Source: an uncultured Pelagibacteraceae bacterium
Lineage (GTDB): Bacteria; Pseudomonadota; Alphaproteobacteria; Pelagibacterales; Pelagibacteraceae
Assembly (NCBI GenBank): GCA_902551865.1
Contig: CACDES010000001.1
Coordinates: 1-61,076 of the forward strand
Direction: 5' to 3'
Length of the DNA stretch: 61,076 nt
Each line of letters opens with the position of its first letter. The stretch's first letter is position 1. The notes beneath the pieces were generated by a model. That model was not told the origin of the DNA, made no database searches, and saw only the letters and a program-made list of their open reading frames with translations. This document shows positions 1 through 11,416 of this stretch, in pieces. The position numbers were made by a program, and so were the translations under genes.

Positions 1-696
1 GCCCATCATAATGGCATCGGCACCTGCTGCTATTGCTTTTGCTATATCACCTGAAAACTTGATGCCTCCATCTGAAATTATTTTTACTTTTTTTCCTTTT
101 AAAGCATTATAAACTTCCATTACCGCTGAAATCTGAGGAACTCCTATACCTGCTACCATTCGTGTTGTGCAAATAGATCCCGGACCAATACCAACCTTAA
201 TTACGTCAGCTCCTGTATTAAATAATCTTTTAGCTGCTTCAGCAGTAGCAATATTGCCTACGCAAATGGGAACTTTATTATTTTTTTTAACTTTTGATAA
301 AATTTTTAAAACTTTTTCACTATGACCATGAGCAGTATCAATTACAATCAAATCCACACCATTATCTATAAGCAATTTAGCTCTTTTTAAATCTTCTGTA
401 TTTGTTCCAATAGCTGCTCCAACAAATAGTTTTTCTCTTTTAACCTTGGTAACTTCTTTACTTTGCTTATTTATATCTAAATTTCTATGTATGATTCCTA
501 TTCCGCCTGATTTTGCCATTGCTATAGCCATGGAAGACTCAGTAACAGTATCCATCGCTGAAGACAAAAAAGGTGTTTTTAATTTAATTTTTTCTGTTAA
601 ATTTAAAGAAATGTCGGTTTCTGATGGTAAAATATTTGAGTAACGCGGCAACAGCAATACGTCATCAAAAGTTAATGCTTCTTTAATTGCTCCCAT
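1..696 (-). CDS. guaB: IMP dehydrogenase (5' part, runs off window start), lacking the CBS/Bateman subdomain
   Basis: Hand translation from ATG at 696: [20 protein letters not shown]...SSAMDTVTE...GGIGIIHRN...IDTAHGHS...GNIAT...[13 protein letters not shown] (catalytic Cys loop)...[14 protein letters not shown]. Missing from the ORF track because it is truncated. Confidence 0.95.
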   Translation of the reverse strand, partial: MGAIKEALTFDDVLLLPRYSNILPSETDISLNLTEKIKLKTPFLSSAMDTVTESSMAIAMAKSGGIGIIHRNLDINKQSKEVTKVKREKLFVGAAIGTNTEDLKRAKLLIDNGVDLIVIDTAHGHSEKVLKILSKVKKNNKVPICVGNIATAEAAKRLFNTGADVIKVGIGPGSICTTRMVAGIGVPQISAVMEVYNALKGKKVKIISDGGIKFSGDIAKAIAAGADAIMMG

Positions 697-722
697 AAAC
701 ACTTATATACAATTTTTAAAAA

Positions 723-1349
723 TTATAAAGGCTTTAATGTGACACAGTGTAAATAAGTTTCCTTTGATTCGTTTCTGCTTGCCTCAGGTTTAAAAAATTG
801 TACTTTTTTAAATCTGGATTTTGCTAATTTTTTAACTTCTAAAAATTCATCACCCATAAATAATTTAGATACTAATACTCCATGTGGTTTTAAAATTTTT
901 GATGAAAATTCAACAACATCTGCGCATAGTTGGTTTGTTCGAATACAGTCCAAAGACTTATTTCCTGTTGTATTAGCAGCCATATCAGAGATTACAACAT
1001 CTAATTTATCTTTAAAAAAATCAATTATTTTTTCTTTTGTATTTTCTTCCATGAAGTTAGATTGTAAAAACGAAACATTTTTTAGTTCATCCATCTTTTT
1101 TATATCTAAAGATAATATTTTACCGGCTGTAATAATCTTGCTTGAAACTTGTGACCATCCACCTGGATATGCTCCAATATCTAATAATTTAGTATTTTTT
1201 TTAATAAATTTAAATTTTTTATTTAATTCAATTAATTTGAATGCAGAGCGTGAACGATAGCCTAAAGTTTTAGATTTTTTAAAAAATTGATCTCTATGTT
1301 GTTTGATCTTCCAAGTATTACTTTTTTTAGTCTTTTTTGATTTTTTCAT
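723..1349 (-). CDS. rlmE: 23S rRNA Um2552 2'-O-methyltransferase (RlmE/FtsJ)
   Basis: YRSRSAFKL, DIGAYPGGWSQ, SDMAAN, KPEASRNESKETY motifs (K-D-K-E tetrad). Confidence 0.95.
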   Translation of the reverse strand: MKKSKKTKKSNTWKIKQHRDQFFKKSKTLGYRSRSAFKLIELNKKFKFIKKNTKLLDIGAYPGGWSQVSSKIITAGKILSLDIKKMDELKNVSFLQSNFMEENTKEKIIDFFKDKLDVVISDMAANTTGNKSLDCIRTNQLCADVVEFSSKILKPHGVLVSKLFMGDEFLEVKKLAKSRFKKVQFFKPEASRNESKETYLHCVTLKPL

Positions 1350-2137
1350 TATAAAACATCTTCGTGCTCATCTTCTGATGTTTCTAAAGTTTCTTTTTTA
1401 TCTCTATTTTTATACATAACAAAGCTAACAGGAATTGAAATTAGATAAATTAAACTAAAAGTTAAAAGTGTTTCAAATGGATTATTTAATAATGAAATAA
1501 AAATTATACCAATGCCTAATAAAATAAAAATTGTTGCTTTAGGTGAAATTGATATTTTTTTTAAAGATAAAGTTGGAATTTTACTTACCAATAAAATAGC
1601 CATGAAAACTGTAAAATATGGAGTAATATTTTTTATATTAAAGCCTAAATTTAGATCAGACAGTTCAAAAAATAAAGGCATTAAAATAAGTATGCCGCCA
1701 GCTGGTGAAGGAACTCCTTCAAAATAATTACTTCTCCAAATTTGCTTATTGTCAATTTTAGTAAGATTAAATCTAGCTAACCTTAAAACACAGCACACCG
1801 AATAAATTAATGTTATGGCCCATCCTAATTTTCCGTACTTGTTTAATTCCCAAAAATATAAAATAAATACTGGTGCTATGCCAAAACTTACAAAATCAGT
1901 AAGAGAGTCCAGTTCTTTACCAAATTCTGATGTTCCTTTTATCAATCGCGCAATTCTTCCGTCTAAGGCGTCGAGTATGGCTGCTAATAAGATAAAAATT
2001 ACTGCTAAGCTATAATTTCCATCTATAGAAAATTTAATTGAACTAATGCCAAGGCATACTCCACCTAAAGTTAATATATTTGGAAGTAAGTATCTTGTTT
2101 TTTTTGATGAAACTAATTTGAATTTTTTTTCTTCCAT
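1349..2137 (-). CDS. pssA: CDP-diacylglycerol--serine O-phosphatidyltransferase
   Basis: CDP-alcohol phosphotransferase motif DALDGRIAR...GKELDSLTD; next to psd. Start placed at ATG 2137 (TAATG overlap with the psd stop) rather than the TTG at 2146. Confidence 0.9.
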   Translation of the reverse strand: MEEKKFKLVSSKKTRYLLPNILTLGGVCLGISSIKFSIDGNYSLAVIFILLAAILDALDGRIARLIKGTSEFGKELDSLTDFVSFGIAPVFILYFWELNKYGKLGWAITLIYSVCCVLRLARFNLTKIDNKQIWRSNYFEGVPSPAGGILILMPLFFELSDLNLGFNIKNITPYFTVFMAILLVSKIPTLSLKKISISPKATIFILLGIGIIFISLLNNPFETLLTFSLIYLISIPVSFVMYKNRDKKETLETSEDEHEDVL

Positions 2138-2787
2138 TATTCGCAAGCTATTAAGCTTTCTCCTGCTACAACATTTTGTCCAACTTTAGCTAAAACTTTT
2201 TTATTCTTAAAATAAATATCTACTCTACTTCCAAAACGGATCATTCCTATTCTTTCACCTTGTTTTAAATTTTGTCCTTGTTCGACTTCACAAACTATTC
2301 TCCTCGCAATTAAACCTGCTATTTGAACAATAATGATTTCTTCGCCAGATTTACTACATTTAATTTTATAATAATTTCTCTCATTTTCTTCGCTTGCTTT
2401 ATCTAATGAGGCATTTAAAAACTTTCCAGGTTTATAATTAATCTCTTCAACTTTTCCTGATAATGATGTCCTGTTTACATGACAGTTAAACACATTCATA
2501 AAAATACTTATTTTTGTGTAAGTTTTGTTTTCTAATTGAAGTTCTATAGGTCCGGTTTGCTCTGAAACATCTGTTATTAAACCGTCAGCTGGACTTACTA
2601 AAAATGCATCATCATTTATAGGATATCGTTCCGGGTCCCTAAAAAAATAGTATATCCAAATAGTTATTAAAATCAAAATTGAACCTAAAAACTTTGAAAA
2701 AAGCAAAACTATAAAAGTCACAATTATTGAAATAGCTAAAAATTTATAGCCTTCTTTGTGAATACTTGGAAAAATACTATTAAACAT
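2137..2787 (-). CDS. psd: Phosphatidylserine decarboxylase proenzyme
   Basis: FFRDPER, SPADG, FMNVFNCHVNR, RFGSRVD self-cleavage motif. Confidence 0.93.
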   Translation of the reverse strand: MFNSIFPSIHKEGYKFLAISIIVTFIVLLFSKFLGSILILITIWIYYFFRDPERYPINDDAFLVSPADGLITDVSEQTGPIELQLENKTYTKISIFMNVFNCHVNRTSLSGKVEEINYKPGKFLNASLDKASEENERNYYKIKCSKSGEEIIIVQIAGLIARRIVCEVEQGQNLKQGERIGMIRFGSRVDIYFKNKKVLAKVGQNVVAGESLIACE

Positions 2788-2855
2788 AATTTTAAGTTTG
2801 CTAATTTTTTTCTAATATGTATAAAAATCTTGCTTAATCAATCTATATTTTTTTT

Positions 2856-4070
2856 ATGGCAAAAATAAAAGTTAAAAATCCAGTAGTTGAGCTTGACGGA
2901 GACGAAATGACTAGAATTATATGGTCATTTATTAAAGATAAGCTAATTAAACCATACTTGGAGATAGATCTTAAATACTTCGATTTAGGTATGGAAAATA
3001 GAGATAAAACTAGTGATCAAGTAACAATTGATAGCGCTAAAGCAATCCAAAAATATGGAGCAGGTGTTAAATGTGCAACTATTACACCAGATGAAGCTCG
3101 AGTTGAAGAATTTAAATTAAAGAAAATGTGGAGATCCCCTAATGGGACAATTAGAAATATTGTTGGTGGAACAATTTTTAGAGAACCAATAATTTGTAAA
3201 AATGTTCCAAGGCTAGTCCCTCATTGGACTGATAGCGTAATAGTTGGAAGACACGCTTTTGGAGATCAATATAAAGCTACAGATTTTAAAGTTCCAGGAA
3301 AAGGAAAAATGACTGTTAAATGGGAGTCTGAAAATGGAAAAGATAAAATTGAACATGAGGTTTTTAATTTTGATAGTCCAGGAATTGCTCTTTCTATGTA
3401 CAATTTAGATAGCTCTATTAAAGATTTTGCTAGAGCTTGTTTAAATTATGGTCTCGTAAGAAAATGGCCAGTTTACTTTTCTACAAAAAATACAATATTA
3501 AAAGTATACGATGGAAGATTTAAAGACATTTTTGAAGAAGTTTTCAAAAAAGAATTTAAAAATAAATTTAGCGAAGCCGGTATTACTTATGAACATAGAT
3601 TAATAGATGACATGGTTGCTTGTGCAATGAAATGGAGTGGAAAATATATATGGGCTTGTAAAAATTATGATGGAGACGTTCAGTCAGATACTGTCGCACA
3701 AGGATATGGTTCTTTGGGTTTAATGACAAGTGTTCTTAGAACGCCGGATGGAAAAATAGCAGAGGCAGAAGCTGCTCATGGAACTGTAACGAGGCACTAT
3801 AGGCAGCACCAAGCTGGTAAAGAGACTTCTACAAATCCCATAGCTTCTATTTTTGCTTGGACAAGAGGATTATCTCATAGAGGAAACCTTGATGGAAATC
3901 AGGAATTAATTAAATTTGCAGAGTCTCTTGAGAAAGTCTGTATAGAAACTGTTGAAAGTGGATCCATGACCAAAGATTTAGCAATATTAATCAGTAAAGA
4001 TCAAAAATTTTTAACAACTAATCAATTTTTAGAGGCAATAGATTCTAACCTTAAAAAAAAACTTAACTAA
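2856..4070 (+). CDS. icd: NADP-dependent isocitrate dehydrogenase (eukaryote-like, type II)
   Basis: [50 protein letters not shown]. Confidence 0.97.
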   Translation: MAKIKVKNPVVELDGDEMTRIIWSFIKDKLIKPYLEIDLKYFDLGMENRDKTSDQVTIDSAKAIQKYGAGVKCATITPDEARVEEFKLKKMWRSPNGTIRNIVGGTIFREPIICKNVPRLVPHWTDSVIVGRHAFGDQYKATDFKVPGKGKMTVKWESENGKDKIEHEVFNFDSPGIALSMYNLDSSIKDFARACLNYGLVRKWPVYFSTKNTILKVYDGRFKDIFEEVFKKEFKNKFSEAGITYEHRLIDDMVACAMKWSGKYIWACKNYDGDVQSDTVAQGYGSLGLMTSVLRTPDGKIAEAEAAHGTVTRHYRQHQAGKETSTNPIASIFAWTRGLSHRGNLDGNQELIKFAESLEKVCIETVESGSMTKDLAILISKDQKFLTTNQFLEAIDSNLKKKLN

Positions 4071-6738
4071 TTTTATCTATTATAGCTTTAAAAGCTTCGT
4101 CTATTTTATTTTTATTTGTACCACCAGCTTGCGCAAAATCTTTTCTACCTCCTCCACCTTTTCCATCAAGTATTTCTGAAGCGGTTTTTACAAGACTAAC
4201 TGCATCGTATTTTGAAACAAGATCATTAGTAACTCCTATTGCAACTCCAACTTTTTCTTCAAAAGTAGAAATACTAATAATTATACCATTCTTAATATCT
4301 TTTTTTCCTTGGTCTATAACGCTTCTTAATTCTTTAGGCGGAAAATCACTAAGGGTTTGTTGTCTTAATATAAAATTACCAATCTTTTTGTCTTGAATTT
4401 TGTTTTTACTTTTATCATTAATAACATTCTGAATTTTTATTTTTTCTAGTTGTTTAGTTAAAACCTTTAAATTTTCAGCTAAGTCTTTGTTTTCATTTAA
4501 ATCAGGTTTAATTTTATACCTTAGTAGTTCTTTTTTAATTTTTTCTAATTGATCTTTGCTTGATTTTTCTTTTGTGGATTTATCTTGTTTTTGAAATTTC
4601 TCATACTCTTGAAGTTGTTTATCTCTTAAAGCTTCCACTCTTCTAACCCCGGAGGCGATTGATGACTGGCTAATAACTTTAAATTTTCCAACTTCTTTTG
4701 TATTTTTTACATGAGTTCCTCCACAAAGCTCTGTTGAAAAAAAACCATTAGATTCTTTGCCCATAAATACTACTCGAACTTCTTCACCGTACTTTTCTCC
4801 AAAAAGAGCTAAAGCACCCATTTTAACTGCTTCTTTAGGTGTCATTATTCTTGTTTGTACATCAGTTGATCCGTCAACTATTTCATTTACAACTTTATTA
4901 ATCTTAATCATCTCCTCTTTTTCAATAGGTTTGTTATGACTAAAATCAAATCTTAACCTTTCTGGAGAAACCAATGATCCTTTTTGGGTCACATGTTTAC
5001 CTAAAGTCCTTCTTAAAGACTCATGTAGCAAATGTGTTGCGGAATGATTGGCTTTAGAATTATTTCTATTTTCAACATTTATTTCAAGATTAACGTTTTG
5101 GCCAATTTTTATTGTACCTGACTCAATTTTTCCAGTATGAACAAAAAGGTCTCCCATTTTTTTTTGAGTATCAGTGACATTTATTTTACAATCAGAGTTA
5201 AAAATTATTCCCTGATCTCCAACTTGACCTCCGGATTCTCCGTAAAAAGGTGTTTGGTTTGTAATAATTTCAACATCACTCCCCGTATGAGCACTATCTA
5301 CAAATTTATTATCTTTAGAAATTTTTATAACAACTCCCTCAGCTTTATCAAACTCATAACCTAAAAATTCTGTTGGTTTTAATTCTTCTCTAACTTTAAA
5401 CCATTTTTCTTCGACTGACTTATCTCCAGAGCCTTTCCAATTAGCTCTGGCTAATTTTTTACTTTTTTCCATTTCTTTTTCAAAAGCAACGTTATCAACT
5501 TGAATATTTTTTGTTCTTAAAATATCAGCAGTTAAATCTACAGGAAAACCATAAGTATCATACAATTTGAAAGCAACATAACCAGGCAGTGTATTGTTTT
5601 GAACTTTATCTAAATTTTCATCTAAAATTTTCATCCCCCTTTCCAGAAGAGAAGAAAATTTTTCTTCTTCATTCTTTAAAGTTTCAACTATAAGATCTTT
5701 ACCTGTATCTAATTCTGGATAGCTACTTTTCATCTCATTAAGCAAAACGTCAAAAAGTTTATAAAAAACAGGTGACTTGCTTCCTAAAGAATGAGCATGC
5801 CTCATCCCTCTTCTCATTATTCTTCTTAGAACATACCCACGACCTTCGTTTGAGGGTAATATTCCTTCTGCTATTAAAAAGCTACTTGCTCTTAAATGAT
5901 CTGAAATTACTCTATGGCTAGCAATCGTGCTGTTATTAAGTGGCGCTTTAGTAATATCAGATGAAGCTTCAATAATTTTTTTAAAGTGATCAATATTATA
6001 ATTGTCATGAGTTCCTTGAAGAACTGCTGTCATTCTTTCAAGACCCATTCCTGTGTCTACTGATGGTTTGGGCAAATTAATTCTTTTTTCTTTTGAAACT
6101 TGTTCGTACTGCATGAAAACTAGATTCCATATTTCTATAAATCTATCTCCATCTTGGTCTAAACTACCAGGAAGTCCTCCTTTAAGTTTATCTCCATGAT
6201 CATAGAATATTTCTGAGCAAGGTCCGCATGGGCCAGTATCTCCCATAGACCAAAAGTTATCTGAAGTTGAAATTTTAATTATCTTTTCTTCATTTAAACC
6301 AGCAATTTTTTTCCAAAGTTTAAAAGAATCTTCATCTTCATGAAAAACAGTTACTAAAAGTTTTTCTTTTGGTAGTTCAAAATCTTTAGTTAATAATTTC
6401 CAAGCATGCTCTATAGCTTGCTCTTTAAAATAGTCTCCAAAGGAAAAATTACCTAACATTTCAAAAAATGTATGGTGTCTTGGGGTGTAACCTACATTTT
6501 CTAAATCGTTATGTTTTCCCCCAGCTCTCACACATTTTTGGGATGTTGTGGCCCTTTTATATGGTCTTTTTTCTAAACCGGTAAAAACGTTTTTGAATTG
6601 AACCATTCCAGAATTAGTAAACATCAAGGTTGGATCATTGTTGGGAACCAAATTACTAGAATCTACTATTTCATGATTATTTTGTTTAAAATAATTAAGA
6701 AATTTTTTCCTTATATCAGTCAACAAAAATTGGCTCAT
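4063..6738 (-). CDS. alaS: Alanine--tRNA ligase
   Basis: [30 protein letters not shown], editing domain HSATH/ELCGGTH, C-terminal GKGGG. Confidence 0.98.
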   Translation of the reverse strand: MSQFLLTDIRKKFLNYFKQNNHEIVDSSNLVPNNDPTLMFTNSGMVQFKNVFTGLEKRPYKRATTSQKCVRAGGKHNDLENVGYTPRHHTFFEMLGNFSFGDYFKEQAIEHAWKLLTKDFELPKEKLLVTVFHEDEDSFKLWKKIAGLNEEKIIKISTSDNFWSMGDTGPCGPCSEIFYDHGDKLKGGLPGSLDQDGDRFIEIWNLVFMQYEQVSKEKRINLPKPSVDTGMGLERMTAVLQGTHDNYNIDHFKKIIEASSDITKAPLNNSTIASHRVISDHLRASSFLIAEGILPSNEGRGYVLRRIMRRGMRHAHSLGSKSPVFYKLFDVLLNEMKSSYPELDTGKDLIVETLKNEEEKFSSLLERGMKILDENLDKVQNNTLPGYVAFKLYDTYGFPVDLTADILRTKNIQVDNVAFEKEMEKSKKLARANWKGSGDKSVEEKWFKVREELKPTEFLGYEFDKAEGVVIKISKDNKFVDSAHTGSDVEIITNQTPFYGESGGQVGDQGIIFNSDCKINVTDTQKKMGDLFVHTGKIESGTIKIGQNVNLEINVENRNNSKANHSATHLLHESLRRTLGKHVTQKGSLVSPERLRFDFSHNKPIEKEEMIKINKVVNEIVDGSTDVQTRIMTPKEAVKMGALALFGEKYGEEVRVVFMGKESNGFFSTELCGGTHVKNTKEVGKFKVISQSSIASGVRRVEALRDKQLQEYEKFQKQDKSTKEKSSKDQLEKIKKELLRYKIKPDLNENKDLAENLKVLTKQLEKIKIQNVINDKSKNKIQDKKIGNFILRQQTLSDFPPKELRSVIDQGKKDIKNGIIISISTFEEKVGVAIGVTNDLVSKYDAVSLVKTASEILDGKGGGGRKDFAQAGGTNKNKIDEAFKAIIDKIS

Positions 6739-6781
6739 ATAATATTAAATACAGATATTTATGAAGTTGTCTATATAGAGA

Positions 6782-7138
6782 TTAGTTGGTTTTTTTTTGA
6801 GCGTTATCAACAACTACGCAAATTTCTGACTTAGTAAGAAACCTCTTTCCAGTTCCATTATCTAAGGAAAACATGCCTCCAATGCCTTTTACAGCATCTA
6901 TAGTGAGATCTGTATGTTTCCATTTTTCATACTGCTCTTCGTTAATGTAAAATGGAGTTCCATCTATTTCTCCTAATTTTACATCGCTATTTCCAACCAT
7001 ATACTCTTTTGCAGGAAAACACATTGGAGCACTACCATCACAACAGCCTCCAGATTGATGAAATAAAAGATCTTCGCCGTGAACTTCTTTGAGTTCACTA
7101 AGTAATTTTTTTGCTGATAATGTAGCTGATACTTTCAT
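6782..7138 (-). CDS. DUF779-family protein (usual ALDH partner)
   Basis: FHQSGGCCDGSAPMC and GGMFSL motifs; directly downstream of ALDH. Start more likely ATG 7138 than 7156, which lies inside a hairpin. Confidence 0.8.
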   Translation of the reverse strand: MKVSATLSAKKLLSELKEVHGEDLLFHQSGGCCDGSAPMCFPAKEYMVGNSDVKLGEIDGTPFYINEEQYEKWKHTDLTIDAVKGIGGMFSLDNGTGKRFLTKSEICVVVDNAQKKTN

Positions 7139-7149
7139 TTTTATATTTC

Positions 7150-7174
7150 GGCCCATGATTTAGAATCATGGGCC
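7150..7174. repeat. Perfect 11-bp inverted repeat (intercistronic hairpin) between ALDH and DUF779
   Basis: GGCCCATGATT-TAG-AATCATGGGCC; no U-tract follows on the coding (-) strand. Confidence 0.75.
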
Positions 7175-7189
7175 ATTATATATTATTGG

Positions 7190-8743
7190 TTAAAAGAAGC
7201 CCAATTTTTTCTCACTATAAGACACGTGTAAATTTTTAACTTGTCTGTAATGATTTAACATCATTTTGTGAGTTTCTCTTCCAATACCAGATTGCTTGTA
7301 TCCGCCAAATGCAGCGTGAGCTGGATAAGCATGGTAACAGTTTGTCCAAACTCTACCAGCTTGTATCTCTCTTCCCATTCTGTAAGCAAGATTACCATTT
7401 CTAGTCCAAACACCTGCGCCTAAACCATAAAGAGTATCATTAGCAATTTCTAATGCTTCTGCTTCATCTTTAAACTTAGTAACTGAAACTACTGGCCCAA
7501 AGATTTCTTCTTGGAATATTCGCATTTTGTTATTGCCTTCAAAAATAGTCGGTTGGATATAATTTCCTTTTTCCAAACCACTGTTTAATTTAGCTACACT
7601 TCCTCCAGTTAGAACTTTGGCACCTTCTTTCTTACCTAGATCTAGATAAGATTTAATCTTTTCCATTTGTTCTAATGAAGCTTGCGCTCCAATCATAGTT
7701 TCCATTTTTAAAGGATTGTCTTGTTTAACTGCTTTTGTTCTAGCAATCGCCTTTTTCATGAACTTATCATAAATAGACTCTTGAATTAACACTCTGCTCG
7801 GACAAGTGCATACTTCTCCTTGGTTAAGTGTGAACATAGCAAAACCTTCAAGACATTTATCAAAGAAGTCGTCATCTTTATCCATAACATCTTCAAAGAA
7901 AATGTTAGGAGACTTTCCTCCTAATTCTAAAGTTATTGGAATTAAGTTTTGAGATGCGTACTGCATGATTAAACGTCCAGTAGTAGTTTCACCTGTAAAA
8001 GCTATCTTCTTTATTCTTTTAGAAGAAGCTAAAGGCTTACCTGCTTCAAGACCGTAACCGCTAACTACGTTTACAACACCTTTTGGTAATAAATCACCAA
8101 TCAGTTCCATTAATATCATAATAGAAGCTGGTGTTTGTTCAGCTGGCTTCAATACTACGCAGTTTCCTGCCGCTAGTGCTGGGGCCAATTTCCATGTAGC
8201 CATTAGTAGTGGAAAGTTCCAAGGTATAATTTGTCCAACTACACCTAGTGGTTCAGGTATATGATAAGAATATTCGCTATTACTTATCTCTGCTACTGAA
8301 CCTTCTTCCGCTCTTATTACTCCTGCAAAGTATCTCCAGTGGTCGACCACCAATGGTAGATCGGCTGCCATACATTCTCTGATAGGCTTACCGTTATCTA
8401 AACACTCTGCTACTGCTAAAAGATTAAGGTTTTGCTCAATTTTATCAGCAATTTTATTGAGAATATTTGATCTCTCCCCAATTGAAGTCTTTCCCCATGC
8501 TGGAAAAGCTGCGTGTGCTGCATCTAAAGCAAAATCGACATCTTTTTCATTCGAACGTGGCACCTTACAGATAACTTCATTTGTAATCGGAGTAGTATTA
8601 TCAAAATACTTACCTGATTTAGGCTCTACAAATTTTCCATTTATGTAATTTCCGTATTTGGCTTTAAATGGAAATTTAACCTTTAAGTGAGAGGTATCTA
8701 AAGAAGATGACACTTTCGAGCTTGTTGCTTGTTGTGTGCTCAT
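7190..8743 (-). CDS. NAD-dependent aldehyde dehydrogenase, AldB/AcoD/ExaC (acetaldehyde dehydrogenase) type
   Basis: [29 protein letters not shown] (catalytic Glu), [11 protein letters not shown] (catalytic Cys), [28 protein letters not shown]; strong SD AAGGAGGG upstream. Confidence 0.92.
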   Translation of the reverse strand: MSTQQATSSKVSSSLDTSHLKVKFPFKAKYGNYINGKFVEPKSGKYFDNTTPITNEVICKVPRSNEKDVDFALDAAHAAFPAWGKTSIGERSNILNKIADKIEQNLNLLAVAECLDNGKPIRECMAADLPLVVDHWRYFAGVIRAEEGSVAEISNSEYSYHIPEPLGVVGQIIPWNFPLLMATWKLAPALAAGNCVVLKPAEQTPASIMILMELIGDLLPKGVVNVVSGYGLEAGKPLASSKRIKKIAFTGETTTGRLIMQYASQNLIPITLELGGKSPNIFFEDVMDKDDDFFDKCLEGFAMFTLNQGEVCTCPSRVLIQESIYDKFMKKAIARTKAVKQDNPLKMETMIGAQASLEQMEKIKSYLDLGKKEGAKVLTGGSVAKLNSGLEKGNYIQPTIFEGNNKMRIFQEEIFGPVVSVTKFKDEAEALEIANDTLYGLGAGVWTRNGNLAYRMGREIQAGRVWTNCYHAYPAHAAFGGYKQSGIGRETHKMMLNHYRQVKNLHVSYSEKKLGFF

Positions 8744-8873
8744 TTTCCCTCCTTGTTTTAACGAACCTCTAATTGAACTAAATATAGATTAATTTGTATA
8801 CTATTAATTTTACAACCAGAGGTGTTACATACTAAATGTTGAATGAGTCAATCTTAAGTTGTTGTTTCATGGG

Positions 8874-8900
8874 AAACGGGAGAAAGGACTCTCCCGTTTT
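8874..8900. terminator. GC-rich hairpin just downstream of recA, probable terminator
   Basis: AAACGGGAGA-AAGGAC-TCTCCCGTTT(T); about 22 bp past the recA stop; U-tail on the minus strand is short. Confidence 0.55.
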
Positions 8901-8921
8901 AAATTTAAGATGGCAGAAAAT

Positions 8922-10025
8922 TTACTTATCTTCTTTTTCTTCGCTAATTTTTTCGTTTGGTGAAGGATTTCCCTCTAATTCCTTCGAAATTGCTGAAGCT
9001 TTGTCACGAATAATTTTTTCTATCTCGGCAGCAACATTAGTATTTTTTTCTAAGTAGATTTTAGCGTTTTCTCTACCCTGTCCTATTTTTTCACCCTTAT
9101 AAGCATACCAAGCGCCTGATTTTTCAACTACTCCTGCTTTTGCACCAAGATCAACTAGTTCTCCGACTTTACTAATACCTTTTCCATACATCAGATCAAA
9201 TTCGACAACTTTAAATGGTGGAGCTACTTTATTTTTTATAACTTTAACTCTTGTTGAGTTTCCAATTATCTGGTCTTTGTCTTTAATGGCTCCTATTCTT
9301 CTTATATCCATTCTCACAGATGAATAGAATTTTAAGGCATTTCCACCAGATGTTGTTTCTGGATTTCCAAACATCACGCCAATTTTCATCCTAATCTGAT
9401 TTATAAATATAACCATTGTGTTAGATTTAGAAACCGACCCGGTTAATTTCCTTAAAGCTTGACTCATAAGTCTAGATTGAAGACCAACATGATGATCTCC
9501 CATTTCTCCTTCTAATTCAGCTTTAGGTGTTAATGCTGCAACAGAGTCAACAACTAACACAGAAACAGAGCCCGATTTAATCAACGTATCAGTTATTTCT
9601 AAAGCTTGTTCTCCTGTATCCGGTTGTGAGATTAAAAGTTCTTCTGTTTTAACTCCAAGTTTTTTTGCATAAACAGGATCCATTGCGTGTTCAGCATCGA
9701 CAAAAGCGCATATTCCTCCTGCTTTTTGTGCTTCCGCAACAACTTGCAATGCTAATGTCGTTTTACCAGATGACTCTGGTCCATATATCTCTATAATTCT
9801 TCCTTTTGGTAGACCTCCTATTCCTAAAGCCAGGTCTAAACTTAAAGATCCTGTAGAAATAGCCTCAACATCTAAAGCTTGTTGTTGACCAAGCCTCATT
9901 ACTGAGCCTTTTCCAAAATTTTGGTCTATCTGGCTGATAGCTGCCTCTAAAGACTTCTTTTTTTCCTTTAATTCTTGGTCTTTTTTGTTGTCCGTCTTCA
10001 CAACTTTTAAATTATTTTTAGTCAT
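8922..10025 (-). CDS. recA: Recombinase A
   Basis: GPESSGKTT Walker [35 protein letters not shown]. Confidence 0.99.
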   Translation of the reverse strand: MTKNNLKVVKTDNKKDQELKEKKKSLEAAISQIDQNFGKGSVMRLGQQQALDVEAISTGSLSLDLALGIGGLPKGRIIEIYGPESSGKTTLALQVVAEAQKAGGICAFVDAEHAMDPVYAKKLGVKTEELLISQPDTGEQALEITDTLIKSGSVSVLVVDSVAALTPKAELEGEMGDHHVGLQSRLMSQALRKLTGSVSKSNTMVIFINQIRMKIGVMFGNPETTSGGNALKFYSSVRMDIRRIGAIKDKDQIIGNSTRVKVIKNKVAPPFKVVEFDLMYGKGISKVGELVDLGAKAGVVEKSGAWYAYKGEKIGQGRENAKIYLEKNTNVAAEIEKIIRDKASAISKELEGNPSPNEKISEEKEDK

Positions 10026-10063
10026 TTTATATCCTTTTTTTGTTTCGAATCGTTATAACAAAT

Positions 10064-10078
10064 GTACACATTTTGTTC
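10064..10078 (-). promoter_or_regulatory. Alphaproteobacterial LexA (SOS) box in the recA promoter
   Basis: Minus strand GAAC-AAAATGT-GTAC (GAAC-N7-GWAC). It overlaps the spacer and -10 of a TTGCAA-N16-TACATT promoter-like sequence (10088-10061). Confidence 0.75.
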
Positions 10079-10120
10079 TTTTTTGCAAGAAGTATTAAAA
10101 AAAGTCTTTAAAATAGACGT

Positions 10121-11416
10121 TTATAAGGACTTAATAGAATTTAAGGAAAGAGTTCCTAGCTGAAAAGCTAATTGAAATTTAGAAATTACAAAATCTCTCT
10201 CTGCTTTAGCAAAAGCTATTCTCGCCTCTAAAAGAAGACTTCTAGATTGTATAACTTCAAGAGTGCTTCTAGTATTACCTGAGTCGTATTCTAGAGTAAT
10301 TCCTTCATTAGCAATTTCAGCTGCTTTTAGTTGGGCTTGAGTAGCTATTAATACGCTTTCAGAAGATTGATAATTAGACCACACATTTGTGGTTTCAGTA
10401 ATTACTCTATTTTCAGCGTCTTCTGCTAACAATGAAAATCTCTGTTTCTTTAAAGATGACTTTTTGATCGAAGAAATATTTTCTCCTCCTTTAATTATTG
10501 GCCAAGTGATAGTTGCTTTAACAGTTTCTTGGTCTACCTCATCGACTGTTGAGCTGAAATCTCTATTTTCTGATTTAGAGTAATTAATTGAAGCTGATGG
10601 AGATAGTTTAGCTTTTTCTATATTTAAATCTTTTTCAGCTATTTGATAGTCTAATTTAGCGATAATTAAATCTGCATTATTTAATTTTGCTATTTGTATA
10701 GCCTCCTGTAAAGTGCTTGGCAAATCTATCTCTACCTTTTCGTTTTTGTTAATTAAACTAGGTGTTTTTTTTCCAATTATTCTTTCAAAATTGTTTTTTG
10801 AAGCTAGTAATTCTGTTTTAGCTTTAATTAAGTTTGCGTTTGCACCTGCTAGGGAAGACTCAGATTGAGCTAGGTCCGTTAAAGTAATTTCTCCTTTTTG
10901 TAATCTGGCACTATCAGACTCAACTTGTCTTTCAAATAAATTTACATTTGATAAATTGAATTCTTCGTTTTTAGTTTTAAATATGAAATCAAAATATGCA
11001 GATGTAGTATCTAAGATAGTTGATTGTTCAGTTTGCTTAAGTTTAAAATCTGCTTGTTTGACTTCCAATTCAGATCTTTTTAAAGAGTTGTAGCCTTTAA
11101 ATCCTTGAAATATTTTTTGATCTATAGACACAGTAGTAGTCTCCGTGTCAAGATTAGTATCGGATAAATTTGATCCACTCTGATTAGTTCTATTTGTTGA
11201 CTGTGAACTGCTTTGATCTCCTGAAAGAGAAACGCTAGGAAAAAACTCACTTCTTGAAATATTTATATTTTCTTTAATAGATTTATGATTTTTTCTTTCT
11301 GCATTAAGTTTTAAATTATTTTTTAATGCAGCATCAACAAAAAATTTAAGATGATTTTCAGCAGAAACACTACTAAAGAAAAAAAGAGTCAGCAATATAT
11401 TAAATAAAAATTTCAT
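10121..11416 (-). CDS. TolC-family outer-membrane efflux/secretion protein
   Basis: Signal peptide; two OEP repeats (RSEFFPSVSLSG / KAKLSPSASIN); 'GEITLTDLAQSES' and 'GNTRSTLEVIQS' motifs. Confidence 0.85.
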   Translation of the reverse strand: MKFLFNILLTLFFFSSVSAENHLKFFVDAALKNNLKLNAERKNHKSIKENINISRSEFFPSVSLSGDQSSSQSTNRTNQSGSNLSDTNLDTETTTVSIDQKIFQGFKGYNSLKRSELEVKQADFKLKQTEQSTILDTTSAYFDFIFKTKNEEFNLSNVNLFERQVESDSARLQKGEITLTDLAQSESSLAGANANLIKAKTELLASKNNFERIIGKKTPSLINKNEKVEIDLPSTLQEAIQIAKLNNADLIIAKLDYQIAEKDLNIEKAKLSPSASINYSKSENRDFSSTVDEVDQETVKATITWPIIKGGENISSIKKSSLKKQRFSLLAEDAENRVITETTNVWSNYQSSESVLIATQAQLKAAEIANEGITLEYDSGNTRSTLEVIQSRSLLLEARIAFAKAERDFVISKFQLAFQLGTLSLNSIKSL

